Source: an uncultured Gammaproteobacteria bacterium (GTDB taxonomy: Bacteria > Patescibacteriota > Microgenomatia > Levybacterales > UBA12049). From it: DNA of 64,000 bases. Under the pieces are notes generated by a model. It did not search any database and was not told where the DNA came from. It worked only from the letters and a program-made list of their open reading frames with translations. The stretch spans positions 5,878 through 69,877 of the forward strand of contig CAZKJM010000002.1 in assembly GCA_964553245.1 (NCBI GenBank), written 5' to 3'. Each line of letters starts with the position of its first letter. Positions within the stretch are counted from its first letter, which is position 1. This document shows positions 8,995 through 17,340 of this stretch, piece by piece. The position numbers and the translations under genes are program-made.

Positions 8995-9055
8995 TGGCAT
9001 AAAGCATATAGTTGAAAAACCATTTGCCATGTGCCATAAGCTAAGAAGCTAATGG
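8995..9055. repeat. Heptamer inverted-array element D (empty)
   Basis: TGGCATA AAGCATA TAGTTGA, then CCATTTG CCATGTG CCATAAG CTAAGAAG CTAATGG. Confidence 0.7.
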
Positions 9056-9089
9056 CTTGTTTTTTTTACGTATACAATATATAATACTT

Positions 9090-9233
9090 CAATCACACAC
9101 ATTCGGAATTGTGTCCTAAGTATCCACATCCGAATGGAGGAGTAAGGACAATAAAGCCCGCCGAAACTTACCTTTCGGCTTTTTGGAACTATTCGTTCAC
9201 GCCTCAAGGGGCGTTAGCTGGCGGGTAAAACAT
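9090..9233 (+). ncRNA. Structured rpsB 5' leader (putative S2 autoregulatory element)
   Basis: Starts with CACACAC just after TATAAT/TAATAC; stems CATTCGGA/TCCGAATG, GCCGAAA/TTTCGGC, ACGCCT/GGGCGT and CCCGCC/GGCGGG; GC-rich in an AT-rich genome. Confidence 0.6.
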
Positions 9234-10112
9234 ATGAAAGAAATTACATTAGAAGAATTATTGGAAGCAGGTTGCCACTTTGGTCATCAGGTTACAAGAT
9301 CTAATCCTAAAGCCCGTGATTATGTTTACGAAGCAAGAGAGGGAATCCAGATTATTGATTTGGCAAAAACAAAAGAAGGATTGGATGAAGCACTTTCTTA
9401 TGTAAAAGAGGTAGCAAAACAAGGAAAAACAATGCTTGTTGTCGGTACCAAAAGACAAGCGCAGGCAATTGTAAAAGAAGAAGTAGAAAGAGCAAGAGCG
9501 GAATTAAAGAAAAATCTGCCGGCTGGCGGATCTGAGTACAAAGATGATATTTACTACATTACAACACGTTGGATTGGTGGAATTCTAACTAATTTTTCGG
9601 AAATCTCTAAAAACCTTAAAAAATTAAAAGATCTTACCAAGAAGCTTCAAAGTACAGAGGAAAAAAGAGAGTATACAAAAAAAGAAATCGGACTTTGGGA
9701 TAAAGAAAGACAAAGATTGGAGTCTTTTTACAGCGGAATAAAATCCATTGAAAGAAATCCCGATATATTATTTATAGTAGATACTCATTTGGAAGATCTT
9801 GCGGTAAGAGAGGGATTGAATATGTCTGTACCAATAGTTGGGATTACAGATACAAACGCAAACCCCGAAATTATTGATTATCCAATTCCTGCAAACGATG
9901 ATGCAACCGGTTCTATTAAGTTAATCGTAGGTTATATAGTGGATGCATGGGTAGAGGGAAAAAATAATTTAGAATCTAAAATTAAGAATTCAGAAATAAA
10001 GAAAAATAAAAAAGAAGTTAATAAAGAAGCAAATGCGCCAATTTCCAAAATTCAAAAAACAAAAAAAGAGACAAAGGAAGTAAAAAAGCCGGCAAAGAAG
10101 AAGGCAAAGTAA
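9234..10112 (+). CDS. rpsB: 30S ribosomal protein S2
   Basis: LLEAGCHFGH, VGTKRQA, RWIGGILTNF, DTNANP, PANDDA; start at ATG 9234. Confidence 0.97.
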   Translation: MKEITLEELLEAGCHFGHQVTRSNPKARDYVYEAREGIQIIDLAKTKEGLDEALSYVKEVAKQGKTMLVVGTKRQAQAIVKEEVERARAELKKNLPAGGSEYKDDIYYITTRWIGGILTNFSEISKNLKKLKDLTKKLQSTEEKREYTKKEIGLWDKERQRLESFYSGIKSIERNPDILFIVDTHLEDLAVREGLNMSVPIVGITDTNANPEIIDYPIPANDDATGSIKLIVGYIVDAWVEGKNNLESKIKNSEIKKNKKEVNKEANAPISKIQKTKKETKEVKKPAKKKAK

Positions 10113-10115
10113 GAT

Positions 10116-10565
10116 ATGGTTGACATTAATCTTTTAAAAAAACTTAGAGAAGAAACGCAGGTTTCCATTGCGGATTGCAGAACTGCTTTGGAAGAAACAA
10201 AAAATGATTACAAAAAAGCCGGTGAATGGTTAAAAAAACATGGAATAGAAAAAGCCTCTAAGAAGCAAGACAGGGAAACAGCGCAGGGCTTAATTGAATG
10301 TTATGTTCACTTAAACGGAAAAGTCGGTGTAATGGTGGAAATTTTGTGCGAGACAGATTTTGTTGCAAAAACAGATGATTTTAAAAAATTAGCCCATGAA
10401 ATTGCAATGCAAATTGCAGCGATGAACCCAAAAGACGTAAATGCATTGTTAAAACAAGAATATATACGAGATGGTTCGACAACGATGGAAAATTTATTAA
10501 AAGAAACAATTTCCAAATTAGGCGAAAACATTGTAATTAAAAGATTTATTAGGTATAGTATTTAG
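10116..10565 (+). CDS. tsf: Elongation factor Ts (short form)
   Basis: KKLREET..IADCR.AL, CETDFVA, LGENIVIKRF; follows rpsB. Confidence 0.95.
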   Translation: MVDINLLKKLREETQVSIADCRTALEETKNDYKKAGEWLKKHGIEKASKKQDRETAQGLIECYVHLNGKVGVMVEILCETDFVAKTDDFKKLAHEIAMQIAAMNPKDVNALLKQEYIRDGSTTMENLLKETISKLGENIVIKRFIRYSI

Positions 10566-10566
10566 T

Positions 10567-11127
10567 ATGGACGAACTTATAGCTTCAACTAAGCAAAAAA
10601 TGTTGAAGGTTATAGATGTTTTAAAAACAGATCTTTCCACTGTTAGAACCGGCCGAGCAGCCCCATCATTAGTAGAAAATATTTTTATAGAAGCATATGG
10701 AGGAACTCAAAAATTTAGAGTTGTTGAGCTGGCACACGTAAGCTCGTCTGATCCTCAAACACTTTTAGTTACACCTTTTGACCCGTCAATAATAGGGGAA
10801 ATAAGAAAGGGAATTCAGGAAGCAAATGTTGGTTTAAATCCGGTAATTGATGGGCAAGTGGTTAGAATTTCTATTCCTCCGCTTTCGCAAGAGAGAAGAG
10901 AACAGCTTATTCAACTTGTTCATCAAAAACTTGAAGGAGGAAAGATTCAAATAAGGCAAATGAGACACGATGCAATTAATGACGTTAAAAAACTAAAAGA
11001 TTCCGAAAATCTTTCCGAGGATAATACCTTGCATTTAGAAAAAGAAATTCAAAAATTAACAGATGAATTTACATTGGAAATAGAAAATTTGGGAAAGAAA
11101 AAAGAAGAAGAACTGCTAGCAATATAG
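10567..11127 (+). CDS. frr: Ribosome recycling factor
   Basis: RTGRAAPSL, GLNPVIDG, PPLSQERR, KKKEEELL. Confidence 0.96.
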   Translation: MDELIASTKQKMLKVIDVLKTDLSTVRTGRAAPSLVENIFIEAYGGTQKFRVVELAHVSSSDPQTLLVTPFDPSIIGEIRKGIQEANVGLNPVIDGQVVRISIPPLSQERREQLIQLVHQKLEGGKIQIRQMRHDAINDVKKLKDSENLSEDNTLHLEKEIQKLTDEFTLEIENLGKKKEEELLAI

Positions 11128-11583
11128 CTCATGGTTTATAGGAAATAGCCAATAGCATATAGATAATAGGAAAAGAAATGGCGTTTAGATTTGAAGAATT
11201 GGAAATTTGGAAAGCCTCGAATAATTACATTAAGGATATTTATCTCATAACAAAAAAATTTCCAAAAGAAGAAGCATTTGCATTAATAAGTCAATTAAAA
11301 AGGGCTGCTGGTTCAGTTTCTGCGAACATTGCCGAGGGATCCGGAAGTTCTTCAAAAAAAGATTTTTCCCATTACCTTGATATATCAATAAAATCAATTT
11401 TTGAGACAGTTTCCCATCTTTATTTGGCGAAAGAGCAGAAATATATCACAGAACGTGATAGAATATGTCTTTACGAACAGGCAGAAATTCTTGTAAAAAG
11501 AATAAATTCATTTAAAAAATGGTTAAACAAAAAATAATAAAAATTATTTCCTATACGCTATTTGCCATATGCTAATATGCTAG
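11117..11583 (+). mobile_element. Heptamer-array-flanked four-helix-bundle cassette between frr and rseP (putative intervening element)
   Basis: Left arm TAGCAATA TAGCTCA TGGTTTA TAGGAAA TAGCCAA TAGCATA TAGATAA TAGGAAA (11117-11173); inverted right arm TTATTTC CTATACG CTATTTG CCATATG CTAATATG (11544-11579); mobility is inferred. Confidence 0.55.
11178..11537 (+). CDS. Four-helix-bundle protein (23S rRNA IVP / Avd-like family)
   Basis: FEELEIWK, FPKEE.FAL.SQLKRAA.SVSANIAEG, F.HYL.I...S..E. Confidence 0.9.
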   Translation: MAFRFEELEIWKASNNYIKDIYLITKKFPKEEAFALISQLKRAAGSVSANIAEGSGSSSKKDFSHYLDISIKSIFETVSHLYLAKEQKYITERDRICLYEQAEILVKRINSFKKWLNKK

Positions 11584-12689
11584 TTACGATTCTTGTTTTT
11601 ATTGCTATTCTTTCGGTTTTGGTTTTAGTCCACGAATTAGGACATTTTTTGGTTGCAAAAAAACTGGGTATTAAAGTAGAAGAATTTGGCTTTGGGCTCC
11701 CTCCAAAGGCGCTAAGTTTTAAGAAAGGTGAAACGGTTTACTCAATTAACTGGCTTCCGATCGGCGGATTTGTAAAACTTTATGGAGAAGATGAAGCAGG
11801 AAGTGGAAAAATTCAAAATTCAAAATTCAAAATTCAAAATTCCGATAAGCATAGGGCGTTTTTTGCAAGACCAGCTTGGCAAAGAATATTGGTGGTAACA
11901 GCTGGCGTTGTAATGAATTTTTTACTGGCAGTAGTAATAATTTCATTTTTATTTTCCGCGGTTGGAGTTTCCATTCCCGGAGATAAAGTAACGATCTCTA
12001 ATGTTTTAAAAAATTCTCCGGCAGAAAAATCCGGATTAAAAATAGGGGATATAGTTGAATCCGTAAACGGAAAAGAAGTTAAAGAACCCGGACAACTGAT
12101 TTTAATAACAAAAGAGAATTTGGGAAAGGAAATCGCTTTAAAAATTAAAGATAAGGATGCAAAAGAAAAAGAGGTTAGAGTAACTCCCAGAAAAACCTAT
12201 CCGTCAAATGAGGGGCCAATGGGTGTTTCGCTCTCTTTAAGTTATAAGATTATAAAATATCCTTGGTATCAAGCTCCGTTTTTGGGCACGCTTGAAGCTT
12301 TGCAAACGTCATGGCTTATTGTTTCCGGTCTTTTTTCTATGCTTTATCAATTTATTTTTCATGGTATTACTCCAAAAGGAGTCGCCGGACCAGTTGGAAT
12401 TGCGCAATTAACAGGACAGTTTGTCCAAATCGGCCCATATGCGGTATTGTCTTTTGTTTCTATGCTTTCTTTAAACCTTGCAATTTTAAATATTTTACCT
12501 TTTCCTGCTCTTGATGGGGGAAGACTGGCATTTATTTTAGTAGAGGTTATTTTTGGAAAAAAAGTAAGCATTAAATATGAATCTTATGCTCATGCAGCGG
12601 GAATGGCATTGTTAATAGGACTTATTTTATTGGTAACAATTAATGATTTAATAAGGGTTTTTACCGGTCAGCCGATTCTTCCAAAGTAG
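11577..12689 (+). CDS. rseP: RIP metalloprotease RseP (M50) with PDZ domain
   Basis: HELGH, NWLPIGGFV, AGVVMN, SPAEKSGLKIGD, NILPFPALDGG; start ATG 11577. Confidence 0.93.
   Translation: MLVTILVFIAILSVLVLVHELGHFLVAKKLGIKVEEFGFGLPPKALSFKKGETVYSINWLPIGGFVKLYGEDEAGSGKIQNSKFKIQNSDKHRAFFARPAWQRILVVTAGVVMNFLLAVVIISFLFSAVGVSIPGDKVTISNVLKNSPAEKSGLKIGDIVESVNGKEVKEPGQLILITKENLGKEIALKIKDKDAKEKEVRVTPRKTYPSNEGPMGVSLSLSYKIIKYPWYQAPFLGTLEALQTSWLIVSGLFSMLYQFIFHGITPKGVAGPVGIAQLTGQFVQIGPYAVLSFVSMLSLNLAILNILPFPALDGGRLAFILVEVIFGKKVSIKYESYAHAAGMALLIGLILLVTINDLIRVFTGQPILPK
11808..11842 (+). repeat. Perfect (AAAATTC)x5 heptamer repeat inside rseP
   Basis: Five exact copies encoding KIQNSKFKIQNS. Confidence 0.9.
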
Positions 12690-13677
12690 CATTGAGATTT
12701 CTTTTATTTATTAATCTTTCCAATAATAAACAGGCCGATTTTAAGACTTTCTGCTCTTCGGGTTTAATGTCCGCTTTTGACTTTAAATGTTGGATTAATA
12801 ATTCAAGCGACAAAAAATCCTCCTGATTTTTAATAAGTAGCAAGGCGCTTCTTGTTTGACCTTTTTCTATAAGTATATTGATAATATCAGCTATTAATTT
12901 TTTGTCTCCAAGTTTTATCGCAGCCTGCCCAGCGCCCGCAGTTTTTTCTGAAGAAATTAAGCTTTTAATAATCTCTCTTGCCTTATCATTAAGTCCCAAC
13001 TTAATTGCTATTAATGCGGCGTTTCTGCAAGTATTTGCATTTATTAATACATTGACGCATTTTTCTTTTAATTCATCGTTTTCAAAATGATCCTGCGTAG
13101 TTTTGGCACTATCGTCTAGTTTTAAAATAATTTCTGCCGCATTTTCTGCATCTTTCATTAATTTTTTACCGTGGTAACGATTAGGATCTATTAATTTTTC
13201 TACTGCACCTATGGCTTCCTGTTTTGATCCAAGACTTATTGCAAGAAGACCTGCGTGATAGTAATCTTCTTCCTCGTAAAGTTTATCTTTTATTTTTAAC
13301 GCCAGTTCTTTATTGTTATCTTGCAATGCCCGAAGGGCAAAGTTATAAACTTTTTCAAGCCTTTTTTCTCTTTGGTGCTTGTATTCAACTACCGATGTTT
13401 TAATTGGATTATTTTCCTCAGGCCATAAATACGCCCTATGCACATCTTCTGCAATTCTATTAGCAATACGATCGATAGTTTTTTTATCCAGTCCTGTATT
13501 TGTTAAATTTTTTAAAGTAGAAGAGTATGCAGTATTTGCAACATCATCTGCTTTATCAACTTTTTCCGGACCCACCAAAAATTTTAAAATAGACGTTTCT
13601 TCAAAAGTTCTTCTGACAACAACCGGTTTCGGTTGGGGATTATCTTTTTGTGGTAAAAAAATTTCGTGTACATTCAT
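12661..13677 (-). CDS. Hypothetical alpha-helical repeat protein
   Basis: 338-aa ORF with repeated A..A.KLG...A helices; own promoter TTGACA 13712-13707, 17 nt, TAAAAT 13689-13684, 6 nt before ATG. Confidence 0.7.
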   Translation of the reverse strand: MNVHEIFLPQKDNPQPKPVVVRRTFEETSILKFLVGPEKVDKADDVANTAYSSTLKNLTNTGLDKKTIDRIANRIAEDVHRAYLWPEENNPIKTSVVEYKHQREKRLEKVYNFALRALQDNNKELALKIKDKLYEEEDYYHAGLLAISLGSKQEAIGAVEKLIDPNRYHGKKLMKDAENAAEIILKLDDSAKTTQDHFENDELKEKCVNVLINANTCRNAALIAIKLGLNDKAREIIKSLISSEKTAGAGQAAIKLGDKKLIADIINILIEKGQTRSALLLIKNQEDFLSLELLIQHLKSKADIKPEEQKVLKSACLLLERLINKRNLNATLEESADR

Positions 13678-13770
13678 AAGTATATTTTAATAAATAGTAA
13701 CAGCTTTGTCAACTATAGGATAATATTTCTGTATTTATATTTTAAAAATCAAATGTTATACTAACTGAAT

Positions 13771-13921
13771 ATGAATATTACGTTTGAGAAATTCATCCGC
13801 CTTCGCTAAAAAGCTTCGGCGGGATTTCACGCTATGAATATTTCTTTTGAGGAGTTCATCCGCCTTCGCTAAAAAGCTTCGGCGGGATTTCACGCTATGA
13901 ATATTTCTTTTGAGGAGTTCA
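13771..13921 (+). repeat. 63-bp tandem repeat (2.4 copies): duplicated gene start plus palindrome
   Basis: Units start at ATG 13771, 13834 and 13897; the first two carry the identical hairpin CCGCCTTCGCTAAAAAGCTTCGGCGG. Confidence 0.9.
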
Positions 13922-14226
13922 AAAAAATAGAAATTAGAATTGGAAAAGTTACTCTTTGCGAAAAAGTTGAAGATGCGGATAAGCTTTTAAAGTTAGAGGT
14001 AGACTTCGGTTCTGAAATTGGAAAAAAACAAATTCTTTCGGCAATTGCTCAAAGCTATGAGCCCGAGGAATTGATCAACAGAAAATTTCCCTTTGTCGTA
14101 AACTTGGAGCCGCGAAAACTTAGAGGACTGGAGAGCCAAGGAATGATTTTGGCAATAGATGTACCTGAAAAGACAATTCTTTTGGAACCAACAGAAGACG
14201 TACCGGAAGGGATAGAAGTAGTTTAG
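13897..14226 (+). CDS. Stand-alone tRNA-binding OB-fold protein (MetRS C-terminal/CsaA/Trbp111-like)
   Basis: FEEFKKIEIRIGKV, ADKLLKLEVDFG, VNLEPRKLRGLESQGMIL. Confidence 0.9.
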   Translation: MNISFEEFKKIEIRIGKVTLCEKVEDADKLLKLEVDFGSEIGKKQILSAIAQSYEPEELINRKFPFVVNLEPRKLRGLESQGMILAIDVPEKTILLEPTEDVPEGIEVV

Positions 14227-14241
14227 TGGTATACTAAAATT

Positions 14242-15456
14242 ATGAGATACTCAAAACTTTTTGGCAAAACAAAAAAAGAAGCTCCGAAGGACGAAGTTTC
14301 CACAAATGCAAAGTTTTTAATGCGCGGTGGTTTTATAGATAAATTAATGTCAGGTTCGTTTACTCTTTTGCCTCTTGGTTATAGAGTTAAAGAAAAGATC
14401 GAGCAGATTGTTCGAGAGGAGATAAATAAAACAGACGCATCTGAACTTTTGATGCCGCTTTTGCACCCAAAGACTATTTGGAATGAGACAGGAAGGTGGG
14501 ATAAGGCAAAAGAAGTAATGTACCAGTTTAAAAAGGGAGACAAGGAATACGCGCTTTCTTTTACGCACGAAGAAATAGTTTTGGATTTAGCAAGAAAATA
14601 TGTTTCCAGTTATAAGGATTTACCGATTAAAGTTTATCATTTTTCCACAAAATTCAGGGATGAGCCAAGGGCAAAATCGGGAATTTTAAGAGGAAGAGAA
14701 TTTATAATGAAAGACCTTTATAGCCTTCATGAGACTTCAAGTGATTTGGATAAGTATTATTTTGAGGTAGCAGAGGCATACAAAAAAGTATTTAAGAGAA
14801 TGAATTTGGATGTAAAAATTACAGAAGCCCCGGGCGGAGTATTTACAGATAATGTTACCCACGAATTTCAGGTAATTTGTGAAACAGGTGAGGACACGGT
14901 TTATTATTGTGACAGATGTGAATTTTCGCAAAATAAAGAAATTACAAAATTAAAAGAAGAAGACAGATGTCCTAATTGTGAACAAGGAAGGATAAAAATC
15001 GGAAGATCAATTGAGGTTGGAAATATTTTTAGATTTGGAACATCTTACAGCGAAAAAATGGGAGTATGTTATATAGGAAAGAATGGTCAAAAACAATATG
15101 TCCATTTTGGAAGCTATGGAATAGGTATAACAAGGTTAATCGGAGCTGTGGTTGAGCTTTTTAATGATAAGAAGGGGATAATCTGGCCAAAAGAAATCGC
15201 TCCATACAAAGTGCATTTAATCGGACTTAATAAAAAAGCAGATGAGGCTTATCAAAAATTATTAGACCAAGAAATTGAAGTTCTATATGACGATAGGGAT
15301 GTTTCTGCCGGCGAAAAATTTGCTGACGCCGATTTGATAGGAATTCCAGTGAGGTTAGTCATTAGTGAAAAAACAAACGGAAAAATTGAATATAAGGAAA
15401 GGGCAAAGGAAGTAACAGAATTATTGGATCTAGAAGAAGTTGTTAAAAGAGTTTAA
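14242..15456 (+). CDS. proS: Proline--tRNA ligase (short form, CxxC-CxxC segment in place of the editing domain)
   Basis: MRYSKLF, THEE, KFRDEPR..GILRGREFIMKD.YS, IEVGNIF, YGIGITRL, KFADADLIGIP. Confidence 0.95.
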   Translation: MRYSKLFGKTKKEAPKDEVSTNAKFLMRGGFIDKLMSGSFTLLPLGYRVKEKIEQIVREEINKTDASELLMPLLHPKTIWNETGRWDKAKEVMYQFKKGDKEYALSFTHEEIVLDLARKYVSSYKDLPIKVYHFSTKFRDEPRAKSGILRGREFIMKDLYSLHETSSDLDKYYFEVAEAYKKVFKRMNLDVKITEAPGGVFTDNVTHEFQVICETGEDTVYYCDRCEFSQNKEITKLKEEDRCPNCEQGRIKIGRSIEVGNIFRFGTSYSEKMGVCYIGKNGQKQYVHFGSYGIGITRLIGAVVELFNDKKGIIWPKEIAPYKVHLIGLNKKADEAYQKLLDQEIEVLYDDRDVSAGEKFADADLIGIPVRLVISEKTNGKIEYKERAKEVTELLDLEEVVKRV

Positions 15457-15763
15457 CGTTAAAAATCATTATCCACACATAGGCATAGCCAAATAAGAAT
15501 AAAATCATTAAAAGTATCAGAATAAGTGGTGAAATTCCCTTCTTTTTTCTTACAAATTCCGATGTCGGTTTTGGTATAAGGGTTGGGGGAGTAGCTTGAG
15601 CTTTGACTGGCTGTGATTGTTGAGTCGCATGTGGGGCAGGTTGTTGTGGTTGGTTTTCCGCTTTTTGTGGCTCAGCCGTTTGCTTTGGTGTAATAACGGT
15701 TCCCATTACTCGATCGTAAGCTTCTTTTAATTTAGGGTCTAGTTGAGCAGGGTTTTTATCCAT
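15443..15763 (-). CDS. Hypothetical Pro/Gln-rich protein with a C-terminal TM anchor
   Basis: DPKLKEAYDRVMG N-terminus, low-complexity middle, hydrophobic C-terminus. Confidence 0.7.
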   Translation of the reverse strand: MDKNPAQLDPKLKEAYDRVMGTVITPKQTAEPQKAENQPQQPAPHATQQSQPVKAQATPPTLIPKPTSEFVRKKKGISPLILILLMILFLFGYAYVWIMIFNVKLF

Positions 15764-15847
15764 ATCTTTATGTTAATTTTATAGTGAATTATTTTAAAAG
15801 ATTTGTCAAGTATACCTGACTTAGGGTATACTCTAATTTACGAAAAT

Positions 15848-16741
15848 ATGAAAATTATTGTTACGCATACATCGCCTGATTTGGATGCAATTACGTCTTG
15901 TTGGCTTATAAAAAAATTTTTACCGGGATGGCAGGATGCAATTGTAAAATATGTACTAGCGGGAAACAGGATTCAGGAATCAAAAAATACAAACGTTAAT
16001 CCTATTGAAGTAATTGGAAAAGATGAGGTAATCCATACAGATACAGGTCTTGGGTTTTTTGATCACCATCAAATTAACGATTCCAATATTTGTGCATCGA
16101 GTTTGGTTTGGGAATATCTCAAAAAACAAGAAGTAATAAGCGGAGAAGGAACAGAAGATAAAAAAGAGGCGTTGGACAGGCTTATTAAGATCGTTACTGA
16201 AATCGATAACTTTAAAGAGGTTTTTTGGCCTGATCCTACTGCGGATCATTACGATTTTTCCCTAATAAGCATAATAGACGGTTTAAAAATGGAAAAGCCG
16301 GGGCAGGACGAATATTATTTAAGTTTTATTTCAGATTGCCTTGATGCAATTTTGCATGAATTCGAAAATAGGATTTGGGCAGAGAAAGAGATAAAAGAAA
16401 AAGGTTATGAGTTTGAAACTAGATTTGGTAAAGCTTTGGGTATAGAAACAATTAACGATACAACAATAAAACTTGGACAAAAAATGGGATACGCAATGGT
16501 TATAAGAAAAGATCCAAGAAAGGGATATGTAAGAATAAAGGCAAGACCGAATAAATATCAAAAAACAGATGAAATAGATTTGACATTGGCTTATGAGAAA
16601 TTAAAAAAAATCGATCCTGAGGCTACATGGTTTTTGCATATATCAAAAAAAATGTTACTAAACGGAACACCAAAAAATCCTAAAATGAAGCCAACAAAGT
16701 TAAGTTTAAATGATATAATAGAAACGCTGCGTAGCATATAG
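15848..16741 (+). CDS. DHH/MYG1-like phosphoesterase-fold protein
   Basis: VTHTSPDLDA and DTG.G.FDHHQ motifs; ATG 15848. Confidence 0.6.
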   Translation: MKIIVTHTSPDLDAITSCWLIKKFLPGWQDAIVKYVLAGNRIQESKNTNVNPIEVIGKDEVIHTDTGLGFFDHHQINDSNICASSLVWEYLKKQEVISGEGTEDKKEALDRLIKIVTEIDNFKEVFWPDPTADHYDFSLISIIDGLKMEKPGQDEYYLSFISDCLDAILHEFENRIWAEKEIKEKGYEFETRFGKALGIETINDTTIKLGQKMGYAMVIRKDPRKGYVRIKARPNKYQKTDEIDLTLAYEKLKKIDPEATWFLHISKKMLLNGTPKNPKMKPTKLSLNDIIETLRSI

Positions 16742-16806
16742 CGTAAAGCTTATAGCAAATAGTTATAATCATTATTAACTATAACCAATAAGCTATTTGC
16801 TATTTA
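16732..16806. repeat. Heptamer inverted-array element F (empty)
   Basis: TAGCATA TAGCGTA AAGCTTA TAGCAAA TAGTTAT, then CTATAAC CAATAAG CTATTTG CTATTTA; ATAGCAAATAG/CTATTTGCTAT pair perfectly; the second TAG is the upstream stop codon. Confidence 0.8.
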
Positions 16807-16813
16807 CCTAATT

Positions 16814-17140
16814 ATGGATTGTGTTTTTTGCAAAATCAGGGATAAAATTATCCCAAAAGAATTTATATACGAAGATGATGAAATAATGGTTTTTCCGGAT
16901 ATTCATCCTATAAAACCTGTTCATCTTTTAATAGTTCCCAAAAAACATATCCCAGAGATTATTAGCGTAGAAGACAGTAAGATTTTTGGAAAGCTTTTTG
17001 AAGCCGTTAAAAAAATGGTTAAGGAAAAAGAGTTGGAAAACAAAGGTTACAGAATAGTAATAAACGGTGGCGGAGCACAATTAATAAATCATTTGCATCT
17101 TCATTTGGTTGGACCAATAAGCAAAGATGCGAAAATGTAA
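16814..17140 (+). CDS. HIT-family nucleotide-binding protein
   Basis: DCVFCKI, DIHP..PVHLLIVPK, HLHLH triad. Confidence 0.92.
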   Translation: MDCVFCKIRDKIIPKEFIYEDDEIMVFPDIHPIKPVHLLIVPKKHIPEIISVEDSKIFGKLFEAVKKMVKEKELENKGYRIVINGGGAQLINHLHLHLVGPISKDAKM

Positions 17141-17154
17141 GGAGGTGTTTTATT

Positions 17155-17337
17155 ATGGTAGTAGTAAAAAAAATGCCAGGAGACAGCGATGACTCCTTAA
17201 TTAAAAAATTTTCTAGAAAAGTAATGTCTGAGGGAATTCTTCAGGAGGCAAAAAGAAGAGAGTTTCATCTTAAACCCTCATTGGCAAAAAAAGCAAAACA
17301 GGAGGAGGCAAGAAGAGCTAAGAAAATGTGGGGCTAA
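17155..17337 (+). CDS. rpsU: 30S ribosomal protein S21
   Basis: DSLIKKFSRKV..EGIL.EAKRREFHLKPS; strong SD AAGGAGGT. Confidence 0.85.
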   Translation: MVVVKKMPGDSDDSLIKKFSRKVMSEGILQEAKRREFHLKPSLAKKAKQEEARRAKKMWG

Positions 17338-17340
17338 TCT

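Noticed and set aside
8954-9037. N-terminal extension MAHGKWFF of the 7574 gene (likewise the TTG starts at 9183, 11562, 15803, 35517 and 49831)
   Set aside because: The extensions run through repeat arrays, promoters or leaders; downstream ATGs match family N-termini and promoter spacing.
11178-11537. Diversity-generating retroelement (Avd-like gene)
   Set aside because: No reverse transcriptase, and I saw no TR/VR pair differing only at adenines in the window.
13771-13921. CRISPR array
   Set aside because: Only two palindrome copies, the apparent spacers are copies of the downstream gene start, and there are no cas genes in the window.
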